A stretch of DNA of 35,416 nt, from assembly GCA_948964755.1 (NCBI GenBank), contig CAREEU010000007.1:1-35416 (forward strand), in the 5' to 3' direction. A model generated the notes under the pieces. It worked only from the letters and a program-made list of their open reading frames with translations. It was not told the origin of the DNA and made no database searches. Of the stretch, positions 18,540-27,859 are shown one piece after another. Position 1 is the stretch's first letter, and every line of letters starts with the position of its first letter. The stretch is from an uncultured Lachnospiraceae bacterium. GTDB taxonomy: Bacteria > Bacillota > Clostridia > Lachnospirales > Lachnospiraceae. The position numbers were made by a program, and so were the translations under genes.

Positions 18540-19467
18540 TTCCTGTCTTCTCCTTTCCAAATGCAGCCGGCAAGGTGACACGCTCAATCAATGGCACCAG
18601 CATATTGCAGAAAATAATCGCATAAGAAACACCTTCTGCAGAAGCACCAAAGATACGGAAAATTCCAGTTAAAATACCCAGCATTACCCCAAATACAATC
18701 TGTCCGTTTGGTGTAATCGGACTGGTCACATAATCAGTTGCCATAAAAAATGCTCCCAGCATCAGCCCGCCGCCGAATAACTGTGCACCCAAATAAGAAA
18801 GATCCAAGCCATGCCCGCCAAATATTACTGCAAACAAAGCAAATGTTCCAATATAAACCAAAGGAATCCGCAGACTAATCACTTTTTTCCACACCAGATA
18901 AGCAGCACCGATTAAAACAGCCAGTGCAGAAACTTCCCCAATCGTACCTCCGATAAATCCAAAAAACATATCCATCACATTGACGGATTCTCCATTCTTT
19001 AACAGAGCAAGCGGCGTTGCACCGGAAACTCCGTCACAGGAAAACCGTGTCATTCTTCCGGCAAAAGAGATCAGCAAAAAACAACGTGCTGCAAGTGCCG
19101 GATTCATAAAGTTCTGTCCCAATCCTCCAAAGAGCTGCTTTACTACTAAAATAGCAAATACTCCGCCAATTAAAGGAATCCACCAAGGCACTTCCACAGA
19201 AAGATTTAATCCCAGTAACATTCCCGTTACTAATGCACTGCCGTCCTCTATTGTAATCTTTTGTTTCATTCCCCTCTGATAGAGATATTCCGTTCCGACA
19301 CATGCTGCAATTGACACCAGCATAATAATCAAAGCCCGATATCCAAAATGAAAAATACCAAAGGCAGTGGTCGGAAGTAACGCAATCGCCACATCAAACA
19401 TAATACTATGTGTTGTATCCTTGCTTCTGACATGAGGTGCACAAGATACATTTAACATCTGACTCAT
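18529..19467 (-). CDS. rnfD: Rnf complex subunit D
   Basis: Polytopic NqrB/RnfD-like protein. Start is at ATG 19467 (MSQMLNVS) with GGAGGAG 6 nt upstream. Confidence 0.9.
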   Translation of the reverse strand: MSQMLNVSCAPHVRSKDTTHSIMFDVAIALLPTTAFGIFHFGYRALIIMLVSIAACVGTEYLYQRGMKQKITIEDGSALVTGMLLGLNLSVEVPWWIPLIGGVFAILVVKQLFGGLGQNFMNPALAARCFLLISFAGRMTRFSCDGVSGATPLALLKNGESVNVMDMFFGFIGGTIGEVSALAVLIGAAYLVWKKVISLRIPLVYIGTFALFAVIFGGHGLDLSYLGAQLFGGGLMLGAFFMATDYVTSPITPNGQIVFGVMLGILTGIFRIFGASAEGVSYAIIFCNMLVPLIERVTLPAAFGKEKTGNGK

Positions 19468-19482
19468 AAAGGTCTCCTCCAT

Positions 19483-20805
19483 CTATTTCTTCTTACGATT
19501 TGCCATTACAGTGGCACGCATCTGTGCAAATGCCTGCGTCAAGTTTCTTTTGGCAGGGCATACAAAGGTACAGCTTCCACATTCACAACATTCCATTCCA
19601 TTTAACTTTTCAAACTGCTCCGCTTCTCCGTGTACTGCCACATCATAAAGCATCTGAGGCACGATATGCCCTGGACAGACAGAAACACAGCGTCCGCAGC
19701 GGATGCAGGCACTTGGTTCCATAGCAGAAACTTCATCCTTTGTCAAAGCAAGCAGTGCAGTAGAATTCTTTGTCACTGGCACATCCAGCCGAAACATTGC
19801 CTTTCCCATCATCGGGCCGCCGTTAATAATTTTTTCCGGCTCACAAGTCAGTCCTCCTGCTGCATCCAAAAGTTCCTGATAGCAGATTCCGGTTGGCACA
19901 ATAAAATTCTGAGGGTCTTTTACTGCATTTCCTGTTACCGTAATAATTCTTCTCATTAAAGGAGTTGATTCACATACTGCCATCTGAATGGCTGCTGCTG
20001 TATCCACATTGCTGACGACACAGCCTGCATCAGCCGGAAGCATAGAAGAATTAATCTTACGCCCGGTTACCGCATAAATTAAAAAACGCTCCCCGCCTTG
20101 AGGATACTTTGTCTGCAGCGGACATACCTTAATTCTAGATTCCTGTGCTACCAATTTTTCGATCTTTGCAATCGCATCAGGCTTATTATTTTCAATCGCA
20201 ATAATACCTTGTGCCCGTTCAAAAAGCTGCAGTTCTACTTTTAATCCTTCTATTACCCGCTCCGGCTGTTCTAAAAGCATCCGGTAATCCGAAGTAAGAT
20301 AAGGTTCACATTCTGCTCCATTGATAATGACAAAATCAATTTTATTGTCATCTTTTGGAGTAAGTTTTACATTGGTAGGAAACCCGGCACCGCCAAGTCC
20401 GACAATCCCGGCTTCTTTTACAATTCCTCGAATCTGTTCTTTTGAAAGTTTTCGATAATCCCGTTTTTCGCCTACTCCTGGTGCCTTTGTATATTGTTCA
20501 TCATTTTCTATTACAATACAAAGTGCCGTATTTCCATTTGCCAAAACCCGATTTTCAATTTTCTTTACCTTACCGGATACCGAAGCGACTACCGGTGCCG
20601 ATATAAATCCCCCTGCTTCAGCAATCTTCTGCCCTGCCTGCACCAAATCCCCTACTGCTACATTAGGAACAGCAGGTGCACCGATATGCTGCGATACCGG
20701 ATAAACTAATTCTTTTCCTGGCTTCAATTCCCGCATGGGTTTATCTTTCGATAACTCTTTTCCCTCTGCCGGATGAATTCCGCCCTTAAATGTTGCTAAT
20801 TCCAT
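19483..20805 (-). CDS. rnfC: Rnf complex subunit C (NADH-binding, 2x[4Fe-4S])
   Basis: The 440-aa protein has the RnfC N-terminus, a GGAGFP NADH/FMN motif, and C-terminal CIRCGRCVSVCP and CCECGSCTFVCP motifs. GAGAGGA RBS is upstream. Confidence 0.9.
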   Translation of the reverse strand: MELATFKGGIHPAEGKELSKDKPMRELKPGKELVYPVSQHIGAPAVPNVAVGDLVQAGQKIAEAGGFISAPVVASVSGKVKKIENRVLANGNTALCIVIENDEQYTKAPGVGEKRDYRKLSKEQIRGIVKEAGIVGLGGAGFPTNVKLTPKDDNKIDFVIINGAECEPYLTSDYRMLLEQPERVIEGLKVELQLFERAQGIIAIENNKPDAIAKIEKLVAQESRIKVCPLQTKYPQGGERFLIYAVTGRKINSSMLPADAGCVVSNVDTAAAIQMAVCESTPLMRRIITVTGNAVKDPQNFIVPTGICYQELLDAAGGLTCEPEKIINGGPMMGKAMFRLDVPVTKNSTALLALTKDEVSAMEPSACIRCGRCVSVCPGHIVPQMLYDVAVHGEAEQFEKLNGMECCECGSCTFVCPAKRNLTQAFAQMRATVMANRKKK

Positions 20806-20845
20806 GAACGTCCTCTCTTTCCATTGATATACTGTACTTTATCTA

Positions 20846-20874
20846 ACTATAATCCAAAATAAAAATTAATGCAA
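20846..20874 (-). promoter_or_regulatory. Candidate sigma-A promoter of the rnf operon (TTGCAT-17-TATAGT)
   Basis: On the minus strand the -35 element TTGCAT is 20869-20874 and the -10 element TATAGT is 20846-20851, with a 17-bp spacer, about 45 nt upstream of the rnfC ATG. Confidence 0.4.
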
Positions 20875-20881
20875 GTCATAA

Positions 20882-20911
20882 GTTGACATCTTTTGATAAA
20901 AGCAAATAAAA
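20882..20911 (+). promoter_or_regulatory. Candidate divergent promoter (TTGACA-18-TAAAAT) reading toward the hairpin element at 21121
   Basis: Consensus -35 TTGACA is at 20882-20887 and TAAAAT is at 20906-20911. No annotated gene lies downstream on the plus strand. Confidence 0.35.
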
Positions 20912-21120
20912 TAACCCATTTTTTTCTTGAAAATATAGAAAAAAACACCAATAAATCCATAAAAATAAAATTTAACAGGATTTATAAGTGTTTAAAACTG
21001 CTAAAATTTTTATAAAATAAGTGCCAAAAAAGGAAAAATCTACAAATCCTGTTTGGTTAAATTTACTGTCTATTTTTTGTATATTTATTCCTATTGTATT
21101 TATAGCTATCCCGTACGCCT

Positions 21121-21252
21121 GTATCGAAGGAGGTTTCTTTGCTGGGGCCGTTTGCACTAAGGCTTCCTCGCAGCGGACACATAAGGCACGAAAATACCGT
21201 GCCTAAGTGCCGGCGGGAAGCAATACCCCTGCAAAGAAACCTCCTTCGATAC
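21121..21252. repeat. 132-bp hairpin-forming palindromic element, copy 1
   Basis: The 22-bp perfect terminal inverted repeat is GTATCGAAGGAGGTTTCTTTGC/GCAAAGAAACCTCCTTCGATAC. The inner stems are GCTTCC/GGAAGC and GGCACG/CGTGCC. The core is ~96% identical to the reverse complement of copy 2. Confidence 0.8.
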
Positions 21253-21342
21253 AAGCTGTCTGTTCCTTCCTATTCATTTTGCACCATCTCTGCTGTATAA
21301 AATTTATCCATATTTTCAACTAAACGATTCGCCTTAATATTC

Positions 21343-21392
21343 TTTTCTAATTTAAAACGTTTTTTTATTTTCTAATTTAAAACGTTTTTTTT
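21343..21392. repeat. Tandem direct repeat (2 x ~26 bp, TTTTCTAATTTAAAACGTTTTTTT)
   Basis: The repeat was read directly. It lies in the 251-bp segment between the two inverted palindromic elements. Confidence 0.7.
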
Positions 21393-21503
21393 AATATCAA
21401 ATCAATAGCATAAGCATATCTCTACTCTATATCTATTCACCGTTTATTAAGAATACAAAATCAAAACAGGATTTATCTGCCAACAGGTCGGTATATACAG
21501 TAG

Positions 21504-21636
21504 GTATGGAAAGGGAATTCTCTGCAGGGGTATTGCTTTCCGCCGGCACTTAGGCACGGTACTTTCGTGCCTTATGTGTCCGCTGCGAGAAAGCCTTAGT
21601 GCAAACGGCCCCAGCAGGGAATTTCCCTTTCCATAC
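21504..21636. repeat. 133-bp hairpin-forming palindromic element, copy 2 (inverted relative to copy 1)
   Basis: The outer stem GTATGGAAAGGGAATTCTCTGCAGGGG/CCCCAGCAGGGAATTTCCCTTTCCATAC has a different sequence from copy 1 but is equally self-complementary. The inner stem carries a compensatory change (GCTTTC/GAAAGC vs GCTTCC/GGAAGC in copy 1). Confidence 0.8.
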
Positions 21637-21684
21637 CTACGTCCGCCCCGAAACTACCTTCCTATGCAACCATCTTGCCCTTCT

Positions 21685-23769
21685 CTACCGAACATCCTTT
21701 ATACTAAAACTAATTCGCCCCATCTTATCCTTCCCAAGGCAAACTACCTTTACAATATCTCCCAAAGTAAGCACATCTTCCACATGTTCAATCCGTTCCT
21801 TAGAAATCTTAGAAATATGCACCATTCCTTCTTTTCCAGGGGCAAACTCTAAAAAGGCTCCGAATTCCTTAATGCTGATTACTTTCCCGGTATAATACTT
21901 TCCTTCTTCAAAATCCGAAGCAATCATCTGGATATATTCTACTGCTTTTTCCATCTTCGCCCGATCCGTTCCGCAGACAGAAACAGCTCCCTCATCTGTA
22001 ATATCAATTTTTACATCGGTTTCTGTAATAATCGCATTGATGGTTTTTCCCTTTGGTCCGACTACATCTCCTATTTTAGCCGGATCAATCATAACCTGTA
22101 TAATTTTCGGTGCATATATCCCTACCTCTTTGCGGGGTTCTGCAATCGCAGGTTTCATACAATGCTCCATAATATATAACCTTGCTTCTCGGCAGCGTGC
22201 AATCGCTCCCTCTACAATCTCTCTTGTCAGACCATGTATTTTAATGTCCATTTGGATTGCGGTTATTCCAGCATCTGTACCAGTTACTTTAAAGTCCATA
22301 TCGCCGAAAAAGTCTTCTAGCCCCTGAATATCTGTTAATAAAAGATATTCTTCATCTGTTTCGCCTGTTACCAATCCGCAGGAAATGCCGGCTACCATTT
22401 TTTTGATTGGCACGCCTGCTGCCATAAGGGACATACAAGAAGCACAGGTGGATGCCATAGAAGTAGAACCATTGGATTCAAATGTCTCCGAAACAGTACG
22501 AATCGCATATGGGAATTCTTCTTCAGAAGGAAGTACTGGTACTAAAGCCCGTTCAGCAAGTGCACCATGTCCGATTTCTCTTCGTCCCGGACCTCTGGAG
22601 ACTTTTGTCTCTCCTACGGAATAGGACGGGAAATTGTAGTGATGCATATAGCGTTTGGAGGTTTCATTGACATCTAACCCGTCTAGTTTCTGTGCTTCAG
22701 AAAGTGGTGCTAAAGTACATACATTGCAGATCTGGGTCTGTCCTCTGGTAAACATAGCAGAACCATGTACTCTTGGAATAATATCTATTTCTGCAGCAAG
22801 CGGACGAATCTGGGTGATTTCTCTGCCGTCTGGACGTTTTTGATCTTTTAAAATCATCTTTCGAACAGTCTTTTTTTCATATTGATAGACTGCTTCATCT
22901 ATCAGAGGAAGCCATTCTTCTTTTTCTGCAAATGTTTCCAACAGGTTGTCTTTTAACAAGCGGATTCGCTCTTCTCTGACCTGTTTTTGTTCTGCAAACA
23001 TGACTTTTTCCATTTCTTCCGGGGGTACAATTTCTTTAATGGCAGTGAATAATTCTTCTGGTATGGCACAACTGGTATATTCATGTTTTGCTTTTCCACA
23101 CTCTGCTACAATGCTGTCAATAAATGCAATCACTTGCTGATTGACTGCATGGGCAGTATAAATGGCCTCTATCATCTGTGCTTCTGGTACTTCATTGGCT
23201 CCTGCCTCTATCATAATGACTTTTTCTCTGGTGGAAGCAACCGTTAATTTTAAATCGGAAATAGTGTTTTGTTCTGCATTTGGATTGAGCACAAATTTTC
23301 CGTCAATTAATCCAACCTGTGTAGTTGCACATGGACCGTCAAACGGAATATCGGAAATCGCTACTGCAATAGCAGAACCTAACATAGCCGTTAATTCCGG
23401 GCTGCACTCTGGATCAACCGACATAACCATATTGTTGATTGTTACATCATTTCTATAATCTTTTGGAAATAATGGACGCATAGGACGGTCAATTACACGG
23501 GAGGTTAGAATTGCATTTTCGGATGCTTTTCCCTCTCTTCGATTAAAACCTCCTGGAATTTTTCCTACTGCATATAATTTTTCTTCATATTCTACACTAA
23601 GCGGGAAAAAATCAATTCCCTCTCTTGGTTTTTCGGATGCAGTTGCTGTAGATAATACTGTGGTATCTCCATAGTGCATAAATGCAGCACCATTCGCCTG
23701 AGCTGCTACACGTCCTATGTCTACCCGCAGCGTCCTTCCAGCTAATTCCATCTCAAAACTTTTATACAT
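21685..23769 (-). CDS. pnp: Polynucleotide phosphorylase (polyribonucleotide nucleotidyltransferase)
   Basis: Two RNase PH domains are followed by KH and S1 domains. Start is at ATG 23769 (MYKSF) with GGAGGAA 5 nt upstream. The track's longer start lacks an RBS. Confidence 0.9.
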   Translation of the reverse strand: MYKSFEMELAGRTLRVDIGRVAAQANGAAFMHYGDTTVLSTATASEKPREGIDFFPLSVEYEEKLYAVGKIPGGFNRREGKASENAILTSRVIDRPMRPLFPKDYRNDVTINNMVMSVDPECSPELTAMLGSAIAVAISDIPFDGPCATTQVGLIDGKFVLNPNAEQNTISDLKLTVASTREKVIMIEAGANEVPEAQMIEAIYTAHAVNQQVIAFIDSIVAECGKAKHEYTSCAIPEELFTAIKEIVPPEEMEKVMFAEQKQVREERIRLLKDNLLETFAEKEEWLPLIDEAVYQYEKKTVRKMILKDQKRPDGREITQIRPLAAEIDIIPRVHGSAMFTRGQTQICNVCTLAPLSEAQKLDGLDVNETSKRYMHHYNFPSYSVGETKVSRGPGRREIGHGALAERALVPVLPSEEEFPYAIRTVSETFESNGSTSMASTCASCMSLMAAGVPIKKMVAGISCGLVTGETDEEYLLLTDIQGLEDFFGDMDFKVTGTDAGITAIQMDIKIHGLTREIVEGAIARCREARLYIMEHCMKPAIAEPRKEVGIYAPKIIQVMIDPAKIGDVVGPKGKTINAIITETDVKIDITDEGAVSVCGTDRAKMEKAVEYIQMIASDFEEGKYYTGKVISIKEFGAFLEFAPGKEGMVHISKISKERIEHVEDVLTLGDIVKVVCLGKDKMGRISFSIKDVR

Positions 23770-24022
23770 CGTTTCCTCCATTCTCCGCTGTCTGCGGAAT
23801 CTTATTTTCTTAATTTTCTAATCTGTCTGTCCCGCCGGAGAGTTCCGAAACTACTGAAAAATACAGAAAATAGGACTATTTCGTTATTTCTTATTAGATG
23901 TTTATTTGTTTATTTCTTTATTTCTTTTTTCTGTCCTTTTCAGTGGTCTCGGCTAACTTTTTTCCTTTGGGAGTCTTTTGTTTTTTCCTAATTTTCTTTT
24001 CCAATTTTCTTTCACAAATATA

Positions 24023-24040
24023 GGGCGGATTACTCCGCCC
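24023..24040 (-). terminator. rpsO terminator / pnp leader hairpin
   Basis: GGGCGGA-TTAC-TCCGCCC is followed by a T-rich run on the minus strand, 45 nt after the rpsO stop. Confidence 0.5.
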
Positions 24041-24084
24041 CATAAAACGACAGACACCCAGAATCCTGCATGCCGCCGCTTTTC

Positions 24085-24351
24085 TTACTTTCTGATTCCT
24101 AACTTTTCAATTAATGCACGATAACCATCCAGATTTGTCTTTTTTAAATAGTCCAATAATCCACGTCTCTGTCCAACCATCTGTAATAATCCGCGTCTGG
24201 AATGATGATCCTTTGGATTGTTCTTTAAATGTTCGGTTAATTCATTGATTCGAAATGTTAAAATGGCAATCTGTACCTCTGGAGAACCTGTATCATTTGG
24301 TGTTCTTCCATAAGTTGCAATTAATTCGGCTTTCTTTTCCTTTGAAATCAT
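24085..24351 (-). CDS. rpsO: 30S ribosomal protein S15
   Basis: The 88-aa protein has a conserved S15 sequence ([21 protein letters not shown]). rpsO-pnp synteny is canonical. Confidence 0.9.
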   Translation of the reverse strand: MISKEKKAELIATYGRTPNDTGSPEVQIAILTFRINELTEHLKNNPKDHHSRRGLLQMVGQRRGLLDYLKKTNLDGYRALIEKLGIRK

Positions 24352-24449
24352 AATTCAGTATTCCTCCTAAAATTTTCTTATCCCCTCTACTAAGCACAGG
24401 TTGGAGCAGCCATATCCTGAGTAAAGGTTAAAATATCACAACAGTTAAA

Positions 24450-24478
24450 AGTATAACATAGGAAAAAGGCTTTGTCAA
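24450..24478 (-). promoter_or_regulatory. Candidate rpsO promoter (TTGACA-17-TATACT)
   Basis: On the minus strand the -35 is at 24473-24478 and the -10 at 24450-24455. Confidence 0.45.
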
Positions 24479-24483
24479 TTTTT

Positions 24484-26658
24484 TTATTTGGAATACTCTG
24501 CTTTTCTCTCTATAATCCAGTCCTCTAGTTTCGGAAAGTTTGGATTGGCTTGCTGCCAGGCAACAGAAACAGGCGGTGAACAATATCTGCAGCGGTTCAT
24601 TGGAGTTAGTAAGGCTTGTTTTATCTGACAGAGTGTCAGATTCGGCTGATATAAATCAACCGCACCGTCACATGGAATTGCTTTTTGAAAGGTTTGATTA
24701 AAATAAGGGGTTACAAACGGCAGAAAGCACGCCGCTATTTTTCCCTCATATAAATTATGATAGTGAGCCTGTAGGCATCGGAAAAATTGTTCTGTTTTAT
24801 CATTATCTCCCGAAACATTCTGCTTCATTGTAAAATTTTCCATTAAAGGCGAAACCCAATAAGATACCCCCTTTTTATTTAAAAATTCTTTGATTTCTTC
24901 TATTTTATCCTTCATTGGTGGATACCAAGAAATAGAAAAATAACCGTTTACTATCTTCATCAAATAAAATAGTTCATCTTCCATTTGCTTTAATAAAAGA
25001 GCATTGGTTACAACGGCTATTTTAGAATCTGGATAAACTTCTTTTGTTAAAAGAAGAAATTTTTTTAATTCTTTATTTAATAAAGGTTCCCCGCCCATAA
25101 TTCTGATTATTCCAATATCTTTGATAAATGATTTTAACTGAAAGAAATCTTTCTTAAACTGTTCATAATTGGTAATTTTCTTTTTTTCTACTAATGGAGC
25201 ATAATGCTCACATGCTTTACAATTTAAGTTACAATGATCTACAACATGATATTCCAGATAAGGTAAATAGGGACAATCTAAATAAGGTACCAGTAAATGT
25301 GATAATTCTTCTTTAGCATATTGATTTTGTTTTAATAAATTTCTTCCTATACAGTAGATATCATTAATATCCACCCCTGCCTGAATCAAATCGGTAATTA
25401 AAAAGGATTGTCCTATATAAGCAGCAGTTGGAATTACGATTGCTGCTACTTTTTGTTCCTTATATAGAGTGACAAACTTTTTTAACTCTATAACTGGTAC
25501 TCCTTTTTGCATCGATACAAAAGGTTTTTCTACAACAAAATGTGTAACTTCAAATTTATAATTATTGGGATCTAAATCCTGAAGATACATATTATATAAA
25601 TTTTCAATTAAATTTTTCGCCGTTATACTATAATTTTCTGTTCCATATACTGCAATCTGAATCCTATCTTCCAATTTTTGTATGACATTTATTTCTTCTG
25701 AATTTCTAAATGGATTATGTTCTAATAAAATAGAAAGTAAATCGCTTACTGCTTTTTCAAATTTTGATTTCTCTGCCCGAATAAAAGAACGATAATATTC
25801 AAAATCTGAAATATAGGTATCATATTCATTTACTAACTGTTCTATACAGGAACAAATTGCTGGTACATCTGCTATTGTACGTTTAAACTTATATTGATCC
25901 ATAATCGGAATATCTTCATAGTAATCTGCACTTCCATTCCTGCCTGTTACAATGCAGCAACCGCTGATTGCTGCTTCCCTTGGCATCCGATCTTTGCCCG
26001 GATGATTTCCAAAATCAATATATACCCGACTTTCCAGCATAAGATGGGAAACCTCATCTGGTGACATTTGGGCAATTGGAATCCAATGCAGATTTGGCGA
26101 AAATGCTATCAATTTATTTGTAAAATCAAGACCTTTTTTCGGATTATAAAGAACATTTAACTTACGTTTCGAAGAATCCAACAATACTTCTTCTGTAAAA
26201 AAATCTTCTCCCAAATAATCGGATACCTCAAAAATCTGTTCTTCAGAAACGCCTGCTTTTTTTAAAAAATCTTTTGCATACATGGATTGTGTCATATGCA
26301 ATATTGATTTATTTTTTTTAAAGCTATACCATTTTTCAACAGGATTTGCTAAAAAATAATTGTCTACACTTTCCCACCATATAATAACAGAACATCTTCT
26401 AAATTGAGTTTCTGCCATAACAGCCATCACTTCCGGCAAAACAATAATAGCATCCTTTTCATTATAAGTATTTACCAAAAAAGGATTTTTATATTTTTCA
26501 TATTGTTCTGGAACGGGATGCCCCATTTCAGGAGTATTATCTATATACAATAATTTTGCTATTCCAAAATGCTGTTTATTCAGTTCAAAAACAAGCTGTT
26601 GAAGCAGTTCTACCCCCCCGGTAGTAACTCTTGGCGGGGAACAAACATAAATATTCAT
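24484..26658 (-). CDS. Large fusion protein: N-terminal glycosyltransferase-like region, central unknown domain, C-terminal radical SAM domain with SPASM/twitch-like Cys cluster
   Basis: The C-terminal domain has the CxxxCxxC motif (HCNLNCKAC) followed by GGEPLL and a terminal CRYC Cys cluster. The N-terminus (VCSPPRVTTGGVELL) resembles the GT-B 'GGxE' start. ATG 26658 has an AAGGAG RBS at 7-nt spacing. The track ORF begins at a TTG codon at 26724. Confidence 0.7.
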   Translation of the reverse strand: MNIYVCSPPRVTTGGVELLQQLVFELNKQHFGIAKLLYIDNTPEMGHPVPEQYEKYKNPFLVNTYNEKDAIIVLPEVMAVMAETQFRRCSVIIWWESVDNYFLANPVEKWYSFKKNKSILHMTQSMYAKDFLKKAGVSEEQIFEVSDYLGEDFFTEEVLLDSSKRKLNVLYNPKKGLDFTNKLIAFSPNLHWIPIAQMSPDEVSHLMLESRVYIDFGNHPGKDRMPREAAISGCCIVTGRNGSADYYEDIPIMDQYKFKRTIADVPAICSCIEQLVNEYDTYISDFEYYRSFIRAEKSKFEKAVSDLLSILLEHNPFRNSEEINVIQKLEDRIQIAVYGTENYSITAKNLIENLYNMYLQDLDPNNYKFEVTHFVVEKPFVSMQKGVPVIELKKFVTLYKEQKVAAIVIPTAAYIGQSFLITDLIQAGVDINDIYCIGRNLLKQNQYAKEELSHLLVPYLDCPYLPYLEYHVVDHCNLNCKACEHYAPLVEKKKITNYEQFKKDFFQLKSFIKDIGIIRIMGGEPLLNKELKKFLLLTKEVYPDSKIAVVTNALLLKQMEDELFYLMKIVNGYFSISWYPPMKDKIEEIKEFLNKKGVSYWVSPLMENFTMKQNVSGDNDKTEQFFRCLQAHYHNLYEGKIAACFLPFVTPYFNQTFQKAIPCDGAVDLYQPNLTLCQIKQALLTPMNRCRYCSPPVSVAWQQANPNFPKLEDWIIERKAEYSK

Positions 26659-26681
26659 CTTTTTCTCCTTTACTTTTCCTA

Positions 26682-27836
26682 TTACTTTTTCCATACCTCT
26701 AATATTGCAGCAATTCGATGCCAATAAGTATGTCCCTCTATCAGTTTCTGATATGCCGCCTCCTTTACACGTTCTCTTTCTTCTATATGATTTCCATATC
26801 GTACAATCGCACGTGAAAACTCTGCAGGATTTGTAAAATATACTAATGTTTCATCTCTCTTAAAAAAATAAGCATAATCCCTCTGAAATCCAACAATAGG
26901 AAAACCTCCTGCTGCTATTACTTCCAACGTATCCCTTGGAATACCATTATGTAAAGTATGAGGTGCTAATACCAAAGTAAATTCTTTTCCGGCATAAATT
27001 TTCTTCCTCGCTATTTCATCTTCCACCAAAGCCTTTTTTTTAGAATTACAATCTGGAAACTCTCCGTTAGAATAAATTGTCATAATGGAAGCAAAATTTT
27101 GTAAAAATATTTGCTGCTGTATTCTAGTACATACAGGTGCAAAATATCGATCTGCCACAAAAAGTTTCTGCATTTCTAAAAGAAGATTCTCTGGAAGGAT
27201 ATTTCCCTTTAAAAACTCCTGTTGTACCCGAAGCAATAATCCATTTTCTAGAATATATGCCCCATATAATACCCTTTGTGCATGAATAAAAGCATCTAGA
27301 TAGCCTTTACTGTAAATGGACATTTCCTTTGTATTTAAAACATCCTCTGGGCATTTTGCAAGAAAACATACTTCTCTTTCCATAGGCACAATTTCTCGTA
27401 CACTATCTACTTCTACAGCATCAGGCAGAAAAAAGGCATTTGTAATTCCTAATTGCCATAGTTTTTCTACCAAATAACTATCACATACAAAAAAATAATT
27501 ATATCCATTCCGCACAGAAGCTGTATATAAATCAAAATTAGGAAGCTGTAAGATCCAACTGCAATAAGGAATGGCTTCTCTTTGGCAAAAATCCGATATA
27601 AACGATAAAAAATTAACAGAAAACACCATATCACCCGCTGCTGCTCGAATCTGCTCTTTCAAGGAAAGCAAAAGAGATTCCACTTTTTCTTTCTGTTGTA
27701 TTTCCTTTTTTTCTTCCCAATTCTGTATCAATTCATGTGAAAGCAGAATTGTATTTACCAAAATTCCCATCTCTTTCCATGCTTTTAGAATAGCTTTATC
27801 ATAAGGATAGCCCCATATAAGATATGTTAGCTTCAT
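26682..27836 (-). CDS. CgeB-like glycosyltransferase (DUF3880 + GT1-like C-terminal domain)
   Basis: The 384-aa protein is paralogous to 28046..29065. It ends with the typical family motif (GHTYWHRIAAIL). ATG 27836 has a GAGGAA RBS. Confidence 0.6.
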   Translation of the reverse strand: MKLTYLIWGYPYDKAILKAWKEMGILVNTILLSHELIQNWEEKKEIQQKEKVESLLLSLKEQIRAAAGDMVFSVNFLSFISDFCQREAIPYCSWILQLPNFDLYTASVRNGYNYFFVCDSYLVEKLWQLGITNAFFLPDAVEVDSVREIVPMEREVCFLAKCPEDVLNTKEMSIYSKGYLDAFIHAQRVLYGAYILENGLLLRVQQEFLKGNILPENLLLEMQKLFVADRYFAPVCTRIQQQIFLQNFASIMTIYSNGEFPDCNSKKKALVEDEIARKKIYAGKEFTLVLAPHTLHNGIPRDTLEVIAAGGFPIVGFQRDYAYFFKRDETLVYFTNPAEFSRAIVRYGNHIEERERVKEAAYQKLIEGHTYWHRIAAILEVWKK

Positions 27837-27859
27837 AATAATTCCTCGCTTATCTGTCT

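Noticed and set aside
21021-21206. 61-aa GTG-start ORF with one TM helix, plus the mirror ORFs 21063..21254 (-) and 21574..21852 (+) sharing 'CPLRxSLSANGPS'
   Set aside because: - The shared peptide is simply the inverted repeat read in equivalent frames.
- Substitutions between the copies are compensatory for base pairing, not for codons.
22037-23458. Several 60-100-aa plus-strand ORFs
   Set aside because: They are antisense to pnp, which has an unambiguous PNPase sequence on the minus strand.
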